Source of the DNA: Tubulanus polymorphus
Lineage: Eukaryota; Animalia; Nemertea
Direction of reading: 5' to 3'
Assembly (NCBI RefSeq): GCF_964204645.1
Contig: NC_134026.1
Location: 17,332,150-17,396,149 of the forward strand
Length of the DNA stretch: 64,000 bases
Within the stretch, counting starts at the first letter, position 1; each line of letters starts with the position of its first letter. The notes beneath the pieces are model-generated. The model had not been told where the DNA came from. It made no database searches and saw only the letters and a list, made by a program, of their open reading frames with translations. The translations under genes and the position numbers were made by a program. Shown here piece after piece: positions 10,746 to 23,809 of this stretch.

Positions 10746-12549
10746 ATTTTTCAGCCTGGTCCTAAATCCTCATCGACAAACGATCACAACGATGCACAGT
10801 TCCAATACGCTCATCTATTTACAACCAGAATAATGATGGCTAAGCGAGTGAGAGAGGTTTGCTACAAAGGTACAATAAAAGACCAATGGTCTTGTAGCTC
10901 ACCTGACCAACTGACCATTAACTAATAGACAGTTTAAAGACTTGTTATATCCCATGTCTAAAATGGATTAGACGCTGGTCTTATTGCAAGGGCCGGTGGC
11001 AAGATGGGAAGAGGAAAATCAATATACACATTGTCTTTCAAACCTTCAAAGGAGCGATCAAAATCAAACGGCAACTCTTGTTTTAAGAACAATATTTATT
11101 TTCAGATAATAATATTCATATCAAAAGATAGGATAGGAGCTAGGCCTAATCATATCAGAAGTTTTGTCTTGGAATAAAATGGTTGAAACGTGTTTTTGAA
11201 AAAATCTATAATTCCTGCTTCAATGAGTTGAGGTGGTGATTCATTCTTGGCGTACCGGTATCAGTAAAACAATGCGTAAGATCAATAGAAATAAAGTGAA
11301 AATTAAATTGCATTGAATTGAATTGTAATCACAGTGTAATACTAGACAAGAGGAATGGATTGATATCCTGTCCGTCGGTCCCGTACTAACATCTTTCTGT
11401 AGTAGACATTTTCGGGGCACTAAGGACCAATGACAATCATTATTCATAGATTATCTTACCTTCAATGAGCAGAAATACCGTGTATATTACACGTGTGAAT
11501 AAACCAGGAAATGCGGTAGTGCGCGGTGTCTAGTGTATGGAGACGCATCGGGGTCATTCACAAATATAATCAAAGAAACCGAAACTTTAATCTGTTGAAA
11601 CAAAATGTCATCATTGCGACTGATTTTTATGAAATAAAATTTAACCTTGATCTCGATTGATTGGAATTCAAAATAAAAATCCACCATTCGGCGAATTCTC
11701 TCCACACTTGAATTTTAAAAATATTCCTAATAGGCTACCATATTTCTTGGATCTATCCAAGAAACGATAGTTCATAGGCCGAGCCACGTTATTAGAGAGT
11801 TAGGCGAGAGTCAGACCCCTGCGTTTAGACCGGCCTGGAAGTAAATCTAGACGTTTTTCCAGCTTAAATTATGTGAAAATGTTTGAACAACACCCAAAAC
11901 TTTATAGTACTAGCAGTCCGGGTTTATTTTGAATTCACAGAAACGCATGTATACAAAAAAAACAGCAATTTGCTTTGCTTCGATTTTGGTATATTTTCGA
12001 TTATTTAACAAAAACACAAGGTCAGAATTCTATGAAATTTTCAGATTATAAAATAGATACTATATGACACCTCCAATAAAAAATCAGATCTCAGGACCAT
12101 CTAGATAAGAAGTGTGCCACCCGTTTTACTGAAATTTTTCGCGATAGGCAAATGCATTGGAAGCATGACGTCATCAGCTAGTGATAGCAAAAGCGAACCA
12201 TAGGTTCGCTAAAAAATACAAATTTAGACAAATAACATTCAAAAAAGCCAAACTTCAATTTGAAATTAAAAAATCTAAACAGCAAATCTAAATTGATATA
12301 AGTACTAACAATAATTGGCCGTACAAGGAAGGGGGTAGATAGAACCAGACTGAGGCCTAGCCGAGCATTCACAGGCTTAAATACAGTGCTGGTCATAAGC
12401 GCGAAAAATGTTTAAGTTCGCATAATAAAATGATGAATTGTAGGATTTAATACGCTTCGAACACAGTACAATCACACTACTGAGCGTTGAATACATAATA
12501 GAAATAGCTAAAGAAATACAATAAATCGACATATCTATAATTAATGAAA

Positions 12550-13638
12550 TACACCAGTTTCCAACAATGACAATGATGAAAACACTACCAAAGGTAAGTT
12601 TTGCACAATCATCCGTTTTTCGATTTATCTTTTGAAATTTATGTCATGCATTGCATGGAACTCCTTTCACTCATGCGTGCTTCTATTTTGTAGTTGGACC
12701 ACCGAAAATGAAGGATGAAGCTATTCAGTGTAGCAGGATGAAAGCTTGTTTTTCTGTTCCCTTTTTCATAAATGATCCATCAGGGATTCATAACTACACA
12801 GGTTTAGAGAATCATAACAAGTTTTTATTTGTATTCCAAACATTAGGTAAAAGTGCGTACAATTTGAATTGTTACCGTGGAAATGTGCCCTCTTTGAAAG
12901 TTATCGATAAGTTCTTTTTGACGCTTATGAAAATTAGGCAATACACATCAAACTTTGATCTATCAAGACAATTTGATATATCTGTGAGCAGTGTGACCAA
13001 CATATGGGTAACTTGGATCAATTTTATGTACCATCAGTGGGGCGGAATGGACTGGTGGCCACAACAGGACTTGGTTCACTACTTCTGTCCGAGTGATTTT
13101 TGTTTGAAGTTCCCGACAAGAGTAATCCTAGATGGAACAGAATTTCCTATAAAAAAGCCGAAAAATCCTCTACTGCTGCAACAAGCGACTTTTTCCACTT
13201 AAATAATCGGAATAATGCAAAGGTAGTAGTTGGTTCTACTCCAGGTGGACTTTTATCTTATATATTGGATGCATACGGAGGGTCAACAAGTGATTGCCAG
13301 ATTATTGAAAGGAGTAACATGGTAGAAATTTGCGACCCAGGAGATAGTATTATGGTGGACAAGGGCTTTAATATTCAGGATTTGTATGTATCTTCAAACG
13401 TCAATTTTAATATTCCACAATTCCTTAAAAATAAAAACAGACTTGCAAATTCTACAATAATCAAAGACAGGAAAATTGCAAGTAAGGGGGTATTGAAAGA
13501 CTCATAGGACTTGGCAAAACATACAAGATTCTAGTGAATCCACTGAGTAATAATGAAGTTCAACTCTCTACTGAAATAGCCACAGTCTGTTTCTATCTTA
13601 GTAGTTTTAGGGAATGTATTGTCCCCAAAAACGCTTGA
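12550..13638 (+). pseudogene. DDE_Tnp_4 (Harbinger/ISL2EU-type) transposase, frameshifted
   Basis: HTH FFLTLMKIRQ..DLSRQFDIS; VILDGTEFPIKKP, YGGSTSD, MVDKGF, IERLIGLGKTYKIL; frame-compatible GT-AG intron 12594-12693; breaks near 13200 and 13490. Confidence 0.9.
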
Positions 13639-13817
13639 AAATAGAAAGTTAAAATAAGTCTGTAATGGTTTATAGCTATATATGTATTTCCTTTTTCATG
13701 AAGTGTAATTATGAAAATTTATCAAATACATTATATTTCAGGTAACACACTGTTATAAGGTTTTAAACAAAATAAAGCGCTTGATACATTAAAGAATGAA
13801 TTTTGTTCAATTTGAGT

Positions 13818-14118
13818 GAACAAGGGGTCAGGGACTCGATGCCCAAAAAAAAATTTCAGAAATTTCAATATGATGGTGAGAAGAAAAAATCTTGTGACCC
13901 CAATTCGATGCGAGGAGATGAATCTTAATGACTGTGGTAATTTTCAAGATTTTAAGTCAAAGCCTGTCAATGTTTTCCTAAAAAAAACCTACAAATAAGG
14001 ACTGATGACAATTGGGTGGCTGCAGACAATAGACTGATCGAAAAATCAGATGTTTGAGATCCCTTCACAAATTTCAATGAAAAACTGAAAACCATTAGGA
14101 ACTTAAGGTGCTCGTAAT
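13818..14118 (+). mobile_element. Short HINE-like insertion between the two ISL2EU genes
   Basis: 5' aacaaggggtcagggactcgatgccc resembles aactaggggtccagggacaccatgccc at 41198. Confidence 0.4.
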
Positions 14119-14182
14119 TCATTTGGATGGACATTAAAATACTGTATTTCTGTAATTACCTTATCTCAGGTGACAAGATTGT

Positions 14183-16069
14183 TCAAAAAGAATATTCAAA
14201 ATAGTTTTTATAAATTTGCATGTTGATGATTGCATCTCTATGAAAATCTGAATGAAACTGAAATATCTACCATATTCTGTATAAGTACAATGTCCTTTTC
14301 TATACTTAACACTTGAATGTCTTTCATTGTAAATACAACTAAATCACATCTTGATCGCTCACTGCAATACAGCTGTCCCTGAATTTGGTAGTAATAATCA
14401 TGGTTATCTTTTAATTGCAAATTTCTGTTGGAGTCGTAATATAAATAAGGCACTGTAGCTGGCGTTACGAATTTATCCCTAGACGCATACGGGCACCTCA
14501 CTTCTAAGATTAGGTCAGTAGCGACCACTCGATCTGGTGAGGCAGCCAGAATAGATGATGCTCAGCGAACGAATAATCCGTATTCTTGTGTTTTACATCC
14601 TGGTAAGGCATCATACTTTTCCACCGCAACTGATTCATATTTTTGTCCATGTAGGATAGGTTTACATTTTAACGGAGTGGAACTAAGAAGTGAATAAACC
14701 AATTTGTATTTGTCTCGTCTCTCTGTAGACTTAACAATTTTTCCAAAATTTGATGCTGTTATTCAAAGGCGAATGTTCGTTTTTCCATTCTTTATTCAAA
14801 ATTTGCTCACGAGTTCTTCTCTAAATCTAATTAACCTCTTCACTTGAAATTATAGTAAGCTAAAAATAAACCAAACACCTTGACTGATTCAAAATCATTT
14901 TTTCCTGGAGTTTGATTTTTTCAAAATTTACCCCATATACCATAAATTTTCAAGTGACCACAGAATTTATCATCAATTCATTTTCATTCTAAAAGACATA
15001 GGCCTACACGTGCACATTGTAAAATAGTGCTAAAATTGCTCTACTCAATTTTACCTTTTCATCAATAAAAAATTTATTGATTGGGTGTATTTCCATATAG
15101 TCGTGACCCATGACTACAGCATGGGGTTTGCAGGATGGAAAAGCTGTATAATGGGCATTGAGCCCCCATTGGTACATACACACATAATTTGGTAAATAGT
15201 TTTTATTGGTACATGTATCATGATAGTAGACAAACCTTTGTGATTGGTTGCAAACTGTGATATGATGATGTTGCAATTACGATCTTCAAAAATACCAACC
15301 TGATAACTAATTGCCATATTTCTGATATTAGAACAAGTCACATATGTTACGGATCTCTGTCTCGTTGTTTTTTGAATCAAAGTTAATTTTTGATGACTTG
15401 GCCGAGCTTTCAGTGTTTAATTTCAGAGGGGTTCCCTGGTGTGACTTGACACGATGGAAAGTCTGTAAAACCTGGAAAAATAGTATGGTTCTCATAGAAA
15501 AAATCGACATATTGGTAAATATAAATTCCTGCTCAGAAAGATTTCATATATTACTCACGTGTACATGTGACTTCCGTGATGAGATTATCTCCAAGTAAAA
15601 ACTTACACACTGCATACAACACTGTTGCTACATGCTTACAGTGGGCATCAGGACCCTCTCCAGCGCTGCATTCGCACTTCAGTGACTACCCCTTCACCGT
15701 CTAAATGGATATCCACCTTGTAAGATGAGGACTTCTTGTATTCTGCCCACATAATCGATGTAAGGTAGACAGATTTCCCAGCCCCATTTGCCATACGTAG
15801 AAATCTAAGAAACCTAAAAATATCAAATGAAAGTCCGTTTTCTAGACATGATTGGTTGGCAAAACCCGTTTAAATATTTTCACAAATAATTTTGAGCCGC
15901 AAAATATTCACATTATTTACCACTGAGTGTAGAAACTTTTACACTTCTCATAGAGTGGCATATAAAACTGCGTAAGATATTCCTCCAGACGCTTCATTGT
16001 AAAATTTGGTATCGATGTAATCATCCCTTTATGTACGTCTTTAAAAAGTGTTGGATGTGGAATATCCAT
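14183..16069 (-). pseudogene. Spliced SWIM zinc finger + YqaJ/lambda-exonuclease protein (ISL2EU ORF2), decayed
   Basis: ATG at 16069; exon 16069-15921, GT-AG intron, exon from 15813 with CECSAGEGPDAHCKHV; LQTFH; MPIIQL..HDY; ITASNFG, HGQKYE, LAASPD, EVRCPY, YYYQIQGQL. Confidence 0.88.
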
Positions 16070-16716
16070 TTTATATTCCACTTCCAGATTAACAGGTACA
16101 CTTGTCCGTCCTTCTGTAGAATTCTAATCTATTAATAACAAAGATAGCTTTATTGTCATGTATTGTCACATAAACCAATCAGGAATCTTTCGGTTGTGGT
16201 GGGTGTAGGCTGGCCTATGACCAGAGTAGAGTAGGCCTAACAATAACATTGTGACAGTCTATGGATTTTTTTAGCAACTTAAAGCCATCCAAAAATATAT
16301 ATTTACTGAATATCATTCTATCCACTGTGTTATCATGCACTAAATATTTTTCTATCTAGTAAAACCGTTCTGTGTGCTTGTGCCAAAACTGGGAGTAAAA
16401 TGAACGAAAATAGACAGACAATTCAATTCGGATATAAAAATAAAATAGACATAAAAATCACCTCTCACTTTCTTCTACCAGACACCTATAACCCGAATGT
16501 TTTCAGCTCCAATTTCAATTATGGTAATGTCATTTCATTTATATCTGGTTTGGAATTCATTGTGACTCGCGACAGCAACATTTATTCATGATTACCTCGT
16601 GGAAGTAAGCCATTAAAAAACATGATAATAACGAAGTAATACTACAGCGCCACAATGCGGTGAAACTGAGTTGCTTATCAGCACTGCGTATCGGCGTTAG
16701 ACTTGTAGCTCCCCAT

Positions 16717-17133
16717 TTGCAATGAAAATGGCAAACCAGTAGGAAGCGACAGGACTCAGAATTCTGGCCAAAATTGACGTTTTTGGGCAGAAAAAAGGTC
16801 ACAGGATGGCCATCTTGGGTCCGATCAAACCAATTTTTCTCATGCTGATGGGGCCTTGGGGTATTAAAATATATCCGAAAGATCGAGGTTATTGATAAAA
16901 GCGTCTTCAACATTTCCTACCAAACTTCAAAAATGGCTGCCAGTCAGCCATCTTGATTCTGACAGGGCCAGTTTTTGGGCTGAATATGTGTCTAGGGTAG
17001 ATACATGTGTAACCCAAATATTAAGACATAACATTGAAGTATCTTTAGAACTTCCCAAAATAACTGGATTCCGTCTACAGACGAAAAGTGAATGCAATAG
17101 CCCACTGGAACTCTAGTCCCAAATGGGTTTTTA
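16717..17133 (+). mobile_element. HINE family B, 3' portion
   Basis: Matches 41990-42470 including a degenerate terminal hairpin agcccactggaact..agtcccaaatggg. Confidence 0.8.
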
Positions 17134-17188
17134 AATGGCACTAATCGCACCACGAAAGTGCACGGTACAAAAGACAAGTTACGATACT

Positions 17189-17550
17189 AGGATCCAGAAG
17201 GGGGATTTCAAGGGTAGTGACCCCCGCTGCTCAGCTACCCAAAAATTTTTTTAATCGTTTTCTTGAAGGAATGTTTGAAAATTTTGATAATTCCATCCTA
17301 GCGTGTTGAGGAGCGGGAATACCGCCATAATGCATGTACACCGCGTTGCGGTGTATCGTTAGTTACTAATATTTCACTATGTGACAGGTACTGCCATTTT
17401 CCAATAGGATAAAAACTAATTACTCATTACACCAATACACCACAGTGCGGTGTACTAGCAAAATCCATCAGCGATTTATACACCGCACTGCGGTGTAGAC
17501 GCAAGGTAAACATTTTTTAATGAACCCCCTCCTGGAAAAAATCCTGGATA
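17189..17550. mobile_element. MITE-like remnant (ggatccag..ctggatac) containing a piece of the piggyBac-like MITE
   Basis: 17270-17505 aligns with 44680-44920 (acaccgc.ctgcggtgt palindromes). Confidence 0.5.
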
Positions 17551-17599
17551 CATGGCATTTTGTGAGCAAGTGATTTCCGGAGCCATTATGAAGACTCTG

Positions 17600-18006
17600 T
17601 GGACATACGATGAGGTCAAAAATGAAATTCCCAATCAATATGTAAAGCTAAAAGGTATCAAAAGCTAAGACCCAGTCCATAAAATAAAAGCTCAGGAGTC
17701 TTTTTGCCAATCCATCTAATCGGTACAGAACTGGAATAATATCGGATATTCAGTTGTTGTCCGCGATTTTTGGCATTCTGTTAAGACATAAATGAGGTAT
17801 GTACCCCAAAAAGTAAGCAAAATATCCCAGAAAAACAGGTCTCATCCATTAATAAATAGACATTAGTACAACACAGTTGTTAAATTTCAGGAAAATTTGT
17901 TAAAGGGTTTGGGTGCTAGGGCACGGAAACCACTGCGGACAGACAGACGGACGGACGACAAAGTGAATATAGTATGCCCACCACAACGCGGTGTGGGGGC
18001 ATAAAA
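17600..18006 (+). mobile_element. HINE-like element 3' end
   Basis: (gaca/gacg)n microsatellite, aaagtgaa, hairpin gcccaccac-aacgcg-gtgtgggggc, then taaaaa. Confidence 0.7.
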
Positions 18007-18105
18007 AGCCAACACTCCGTCAGATTGGTTGATAGGTATGTCACTTCAACAGTTCAAAACTTAGTTATTAATAATCCAATCCGCTTCAAGTAAGATTGTT
18101 TTTAA

Positions 18106-18944
18106 AGGTCAAGTGCCCTCTAATTCCTACTTTTTGAGATATGATGCTTAAGTATATAGGCCTAAATGACGACCTGGGATCAGCCTTATAGAAAAAAAAT
18201 CACTTATTTATCTTATATCAGTAAAATTAAATAACTGAATCATTGACCTATATAGCGTATGCACCTCCGCCACAGCCGCGTGTCAGCGCCACATTCATGC
18301 GTCATCTTTGCCAAACAAACATACACGTGTGTGAACTCAGCACTCATAGCCTATATATAAAATCTATAAAACAACATCATTTCTTCACTATATTCACAGC
18401 TCTACTGCTGGCTATCCATTGTATGTTTGTTGTGTTATGCATAACAGTATCAACACTATTAATCAGAAAGAATTTAGGAATCTAAACAACTTCTAAAAGG
18501 ATTAAATACGCTACGAATGGTGATCATGCGGTGCGGGATTTGAGACTGGAAACTGCTGGATTATTTCAGACATACACTGTTTATTTCACCAAGGATTGTT
18601 TTAAAATCTACCTAATAAAGCTAAGTTCATTGTTTTAAATCAAATCTATTAGTTTGCCATAGCTTTGGTATTCATTAAGAGCACCAAAAGTTTGTTATAG
18701 TTCAGTGGTACAACGTGCGTGGAAATGTGTTTTTAACTACAATAACGTCAGCGATCGTGGGTTTTTCACAGCAAACGCGCACCTACTGTGCACGGCAAAC
18801 TGGTGAAAATAGCCGACTCTAAAGTCTCATTTCTCAGTAATGGCTTAACTAAAATCAGAATTAGTAACACACTTATCATTTATGCACATATGACATTTAG
18901 AAAATAAGTTTTATACAATATTCTATTTAGAGGGCACTTGACCT
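18106..18944. mobile_element. Kolobok-like non-autonomous DNA transposon
   Basis: TIR aggtcaagtgccctctaa / ttagagggcacttgacct; TTAA at 18102-18105 and 18945-18948; cleanly interrupts the host repeat. Confidence 0.85.
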
Positions 18945-19429
18945 TTAAAAATAACGAATTTCTGTGTCAGACCGAGTGGTTTGAGAAAGATTTAGTGCCT
19001 TTAAGATTGTTAAATCATGCGATTGATCCGAAAAAATTGGCAAAATCCATATGTACTGCACCAGCCTGATTCTGAACAGATTTTTATGAACAAGGGCTTC
19101 TTGGAAAGATTGGACCCTGACTTACTTCTGAATATTGTTATTTCCATTTTAATTGATAATCCTGTTCATAGGGAATATAAAATCGGGCCGAGATTGAAAA
19201 AACGGCTCCCCTCACTACGCGGTCGCCGCGTGGTGGCGCCAGCTGATGAGTACCGCACTCAATGCTATAACGCGATGCTTTCTGATCACATTTTTGCGCA
19301 TTTTAAGAATAACTACAACGTGCAACAAATATTCTTAAATTAATTAAATAAATGTAAGATATTTTGTCTTAGTTGCGATGTGTTTCCGCGTCAAAAGTTT
19401 TTGATTTGAATTCTCGATTTTCGTATTAA

Positions 19430-20069
19430 AGGGCACATGCCCAATAAATTGTACTTTTCGTAATTAGTAAACCAAATGCTACTTTTGTATACAAATTACA
19501 ACCTGAGATGTGACTGATCGAAAAAAGATGACAGATCAGCTCTAAATTCGACATTTAATTATTCTTGACTTAGTTTACGTAGTTCACCTACATCCCGCAG
19601 TCGGCGCTATTTTTGACGGTATCTTTGTTATAAACACAAGCACTTGTGTGCTCACAGTGTGCAGTAGCCTATATAAAATCTATAAAATCAACATCATTTG
19701 TTTGCTTTAATCACAGCTATATAGTACACCCACTAATATATGTTTATCATGTCATATATGACGGCATCAAAATATACAATAGTTTAGAATTCATTAATTC
19801 TAAAAATCTTCCGAGAGGATAAAATGACCTTTGCAATGTCTAGTGAAATGACTGGAAACAGTTAGCGTTCAACAAAGATGACGTCAGAAACACGCACCTG
19901 CACACATAAACAATAACAGTGAGCAAGTGCTGAAATTGCTGATTTAAAAGTCTTATTTCTCAGAGAAGGCTAAACTGAAATTGAAATCAGTAGCATATTT
20001 ATAATTTGTGAGCATATTACTTTAAAGAATAACTTTTATATGATATTCTATTTAGTGGGCATATGCCCT
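19430..20069. mobile_element. Kolobok-like non-autonomous DNA transposon, related to 18106-18944
   Basis: TIR agggca(c/t)atgccca; TTAA on both sides; shared internal tagcctatata..aaatctataaaa..acatcattt. Confidence 0.85.
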
Positions 20070-20989
20070 TTAAGTGCGGAGCTATGATTAATGGCCACCA
20101 TGTCGCGATTTTTCAACCCGTTTTCGATCTCCGTCACATTTTGCGTTCGCTATAGACAGGATTATCAATTGAATCAGAAATAACGATATGCAGAGGTAAG
20201 TTCAGAGTCTAAGCTTTCCAAAAAGCACTTGTTTGTAAAAATCGGTTCAAAATTTCTGGTCGAAAGCACCGTTGGTTTTAAAAAATCATGGTCATTTTTA
20301 CTTCCAGGCTGGTGCGGTACAGACGGATCTTGCCAATTTTTTCGGATTAATCGCACGATTTAAAATCTTTCTCAAACCACCCAGTCTAACGCAGAAATTC
20401 GTTATCTTCAAGAATAATCTTACTTGAAGCGGATTGGATTATCAATAACGAAGTTATGAACTATTGAAGTGACATACCGATCGATCGAACTGACGGAGAG
20501 TTGGCTCCCTTGTCTTTTTATATATAGTACCTAGGACACTGGGGTCAAAATCCTTTTGTGTCAAGTCCCTGTGGGTGAATCAAAAACCTAAGCGGGTCTT
20601 AAGTGCCACCCAATCTTCAATGCAGACACTTAGAGCGCAAGATGTAAGACATTATTTACCTCTTGATAAGAATCATTAGTACAACAGCAAGACCAAAGAC
20701 AAATACCAATGTACCCATGAGCAAATCATCTGCAATACCTTCAACCAGCATTTCTTCACAATGTTTACCAGTAACACTTATGATCTTGAATATGATTCTA
20801 AAAGAAGTATACATATGTATAAAACCTATAGCTGGAAAGCAGGAGTGAGTTTTTCATAGTTGGCGATTTGAAAATATGGCAAAAATGGCAGGGTTTCAAC
20901 TGGAACTGGAGCATATTCAATAACTAGGGATTTAGGGACAACCCCGGATGCCAACTTGAGAAGTAGTCTGAAATGCTACAAAATCTGAC

Positions 20990-21595
20990 ATTTTCAATAT
21001 CTAACATCGCCTGGTGAACATATACAACTGAAACCAATTACCTTGAAACTCACCACAATCATAGAATATGTTATGAGCTTCAATAGTAATGTGGTAACAA
21101 AATATACCCTAGGTGCCAACAATATACATGTAATATGGATATACATGTACTAAGTTATTCCGCTATTCAACACTCCCTAACCAGATAAAAACAACAATGA
21201 CCATGAAACTCGCCATGATCAAACATGTCATAAGCTACAACTTTGTAATTGATTGCTGTTACAAATATGCATTTGTTCCAATAAATAGACATATTTTATA
21301 TGATTCTATATTCAACTCCCCAGGTGGCAAGATATACTAAGTTATTGTATTATTCAACACCCCCTGGTGGCCATAATAAAAAAACCAATGACCTTGAAAC
21401 TCACCGCAATCATAGAACATCAAGCTACAACTTTCCAATTGATTGTGGTAACAAAGTATGCTTTGGCATCAATATAATGTTGAAAAACTTTTTCCGCCTG
21501 AAAATGAGTATTGATGACACCAAGATGGCTGCCAATTGTGTGATAATTGGCTGATCAAAAATACCTGTCTCAGGTATTTAATACCTGCCTACTCA
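20990..21595 (+). mobile_element. HINE family B fragment with ~154-bp tandem units
   Basis: ccttgaaactcacc.caatcatagaa / agctacaactttccaattgattgtgg units as in 41270-41890. Confidence 0.8.
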
Positions 21596-21604
21596 GAATT
21601 TTTG

Positions 21605-22540
21605 GGTTCAAGTCCAGTATAGCATGGAATAGTTCCCCGCTCAAGGATACATTTTTAGAAAAGGAGTAATTCGGCTGCGTACTTTTCAAGACAAACCGAC
21701 ATACCAACAAACCGACATACCGACAAACCGACGAACCGACAAACCGACATACCGACAAACCGACAAACTGACGAACCGACAAACCGACATACCGTTAAAC
21801 CGACGAACTCGTATTCCCTCGATCCAGCCACGGGTAATCCACGGAAAAACCCTGTCCGTCGATCCTAGCCACATTATATAAGGGTAATCCACGCAACCAC
21901 ACAGCCCCTCGATCCCAGCCACTTTATAAAAGGGTAATCCACGCACCACACAGCCCCTCGATCCCAGCCACTTTATATAAGGGTGATTCATGCATACACG
22001 CAGCCCCTCGATCCCAGCCACTTTATATAAGGGTAATCCACGCAACCACGCAGCCCCTCGATCCTAGCCACTTTATATGAGGGAAATCGGCGGGTAATCC
22101 ACGCATATACCCAGCCCCTCGATCCTAGCCACTTTATATGAGGGTAATCGGCGGGTAATCCACGCATATACCCAGCCCCTCGATCCCAGCCAATTTATAC
22201 AAGGGTAATCCAGGTACATACCCAGCCCCTCGATCCTAGCCACTTTATATAAGGGTAATCCACGCACGGATTTGTCGGTTTGTCGGTATGTCGGTTCGTC
22301 GGTTTGTCGGTTTGTCGGTATGTCGGTTTGTCGGTTTTTTTCGGTTCGTCGGTTTGTCGGTATGTCGGTTCGTCGGTTCGACGTTTTTTTTGGTTCGTCG
22401 GTTTGTCGGTATGTTCGCACGTCCCAATGGCGTAATGTCGTAAGATTCAATCGGTCTAATATTGGCGGATTAATTCCGAATACCAGTCCAATGTGATAAG
22501 TCTCTGCTGGAACTATTTAATGCTATAATGGACTTGAGCA
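21605..22540. mobile_element. MITE with ~30-bp TIRs, inverted 8-mer subterminal arrays and a central 50/61-bp minisatellite
   Basis: ggttcaagtccagtatagcat..aatagttcc / ggaactatt..atgctataatggacttgagc; aatttttg duplicated at 21597-21604 and 22541-22548; inverted second copy at 51489-52390. Confidence 0.9.
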
Positions 22541-22676
22541 AATTTTTGCTGCCAGTAGTTTCAGTATTAGTAGGGCCACTCAGAGCTTAGTTTTTTTTCC
22601 ATTTTTTCCTAGATTGAATTCAGACACTTCTAAGAGTAATTTTGACTTCTGCTTTTCTGTCAAAATCGTTAAAGCT

Positions 22677-22816
22677 CTGTTAAAAACACCTTCAGTTTAA
22701 CTGGGCGATTAGCTCAGATGTTTTTGCTTCAGCTTCAGTAATATTTCGTTTTAAGCAAGTTCAGATGTTTCTTTCGTTTTAGTAAACAATGTTTGGATTG
22801 AAGGTGTTTTTAACAG
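22677..22816. mobile_element. Tiny MITE-like element
   Basis: ctgttaaaaacaccttca / tgaaggtgtttttaacag inverted pair. Confidence 0.55.
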
Positions 22817-23809
22817 TACTTCAGCCAAATCCTTGCGTTTCTATGTGCCTACGATGATCAGACTGCCCGCGATGAGAGCATGATATATTATAGCACATCG
22901 AACAGTATGCGGCGCAAAGGACTGTGGGTGAACTTAGTCTCTGCAATGTTTGCGTTCAAATCCCACACAAGATTTTTTATCGCGTGACATAAAAATTAAA
23001 CCCGGTAATTTTTTCTACTACAGGGATGAAAACGGGCAATTACAAAAGGTCAGAAAAAGAAACTAGTTCTCGCAAAGATCAGCAACGACGCACAGCGCCG
23101 TTCCCGAGCAACCGGAGGTCGCAAGCGGGGGGAGCTCGAGGGGGTTTCCCCTCACATGTTTAGAAAATTTTCTGAAAATTTACCATTAATTGACACAATT
23201 TCCGCGAAGTTGAAGCAAAAAATCAACTATCGAACTGAATTGCGACGGTAGCATCTGAAACACTGTCACAGTCCCAGACACAGCCACAAGCCTAAAACCC
23301 GGCACCGGCCGCTGCCAGATGGCAGATATATGGGCCGGTTCTGCGTCCACGATCGGTATTTTCTGTGTCATGCGTATAATCAATACAATGTTTACAATTC
23401 AAATAGATACAATTATTGATTCAATTTGTACTGTCTTCTTGAATGGAGATCGGGAAAACACATATAATGAATGCTTTTACGATTCGCAGCGCTTTTACGG
23501 CCGCTGTGATCTACCGCTCTCTTTTTGAGACCCGGATTTACACTGTTTTTAAAAATGATGGAAGTGAAACTGAAAGGTCGGAAATTTTCGTCGGGTCGGA
23601 TTTTTCACATCGGAATCAAAATTTTCTTTTAGAGATCATGGCTCATATTACGGCTACCATCGTATCGCCGATCATCGTATTTTTAGATGATAGTGATAAA
23701 AATCGTATTTTTCAAAGGCAGGTCGTAGCGTCGTAATGAGGCATGAATTACCATAGAAACTACGGCGATATCGTAGGGGTAGGCAGGTCTGGTATTAAAG
23801 ATTACTTTT

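Larger units (their letters stand above)
11340..16135. mobile_element. ISL2EU/Harbinger-group DNA transposon (convergent transposase and YqaJ exonuclease genes), defective; ends not resolved
   Basis: Gene pair listed below; possible THAP remnant RQEEW..FCSRHF at ~11345-11412; TIRs not identified. Confidence 0.8.
18007..20530. repeat. Long inverted repeat pair (~400 bp): foldback element or two opposed copies of a Helitron-like family
   Basis: 18007-18105 plus 18949-19240 is approximately the reverse complement of 20095-20506. Confidence 0.8.

Noticed and set aside
11776-11850. Candidate left TIR of the ISL2EU element
   Set aside because: Only ctggaagt matches the presumed right end near 16080-16135; insufficient
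19017-20356. Two ORFs starting MRLIRKNWQ on opposite strands
   Set aside because: A by-product of the inverted repeat; they diverge by frameshift
20690-20850. ICNTFNQHFFTMFT, reminiscent of a LINE pre-RT segment
   Set aside because: Too short and degenerate to call
21850-22265. Regularly spaced repeats resembling a CRISPR array (also 51745-52220, 28515-28652, 41273-41890)
   Set aside because: Whole units repeat with no unique spacers, there are no cas genes, and the context is eukaryotic; these are minisatellites
21570-22496. Multiple overlapping ORFs with VCRFVG / TNRRTD repeats (also 51794-52419)
   Set aside because: Translations of the 8-mer and 50-bp arrays, not genes
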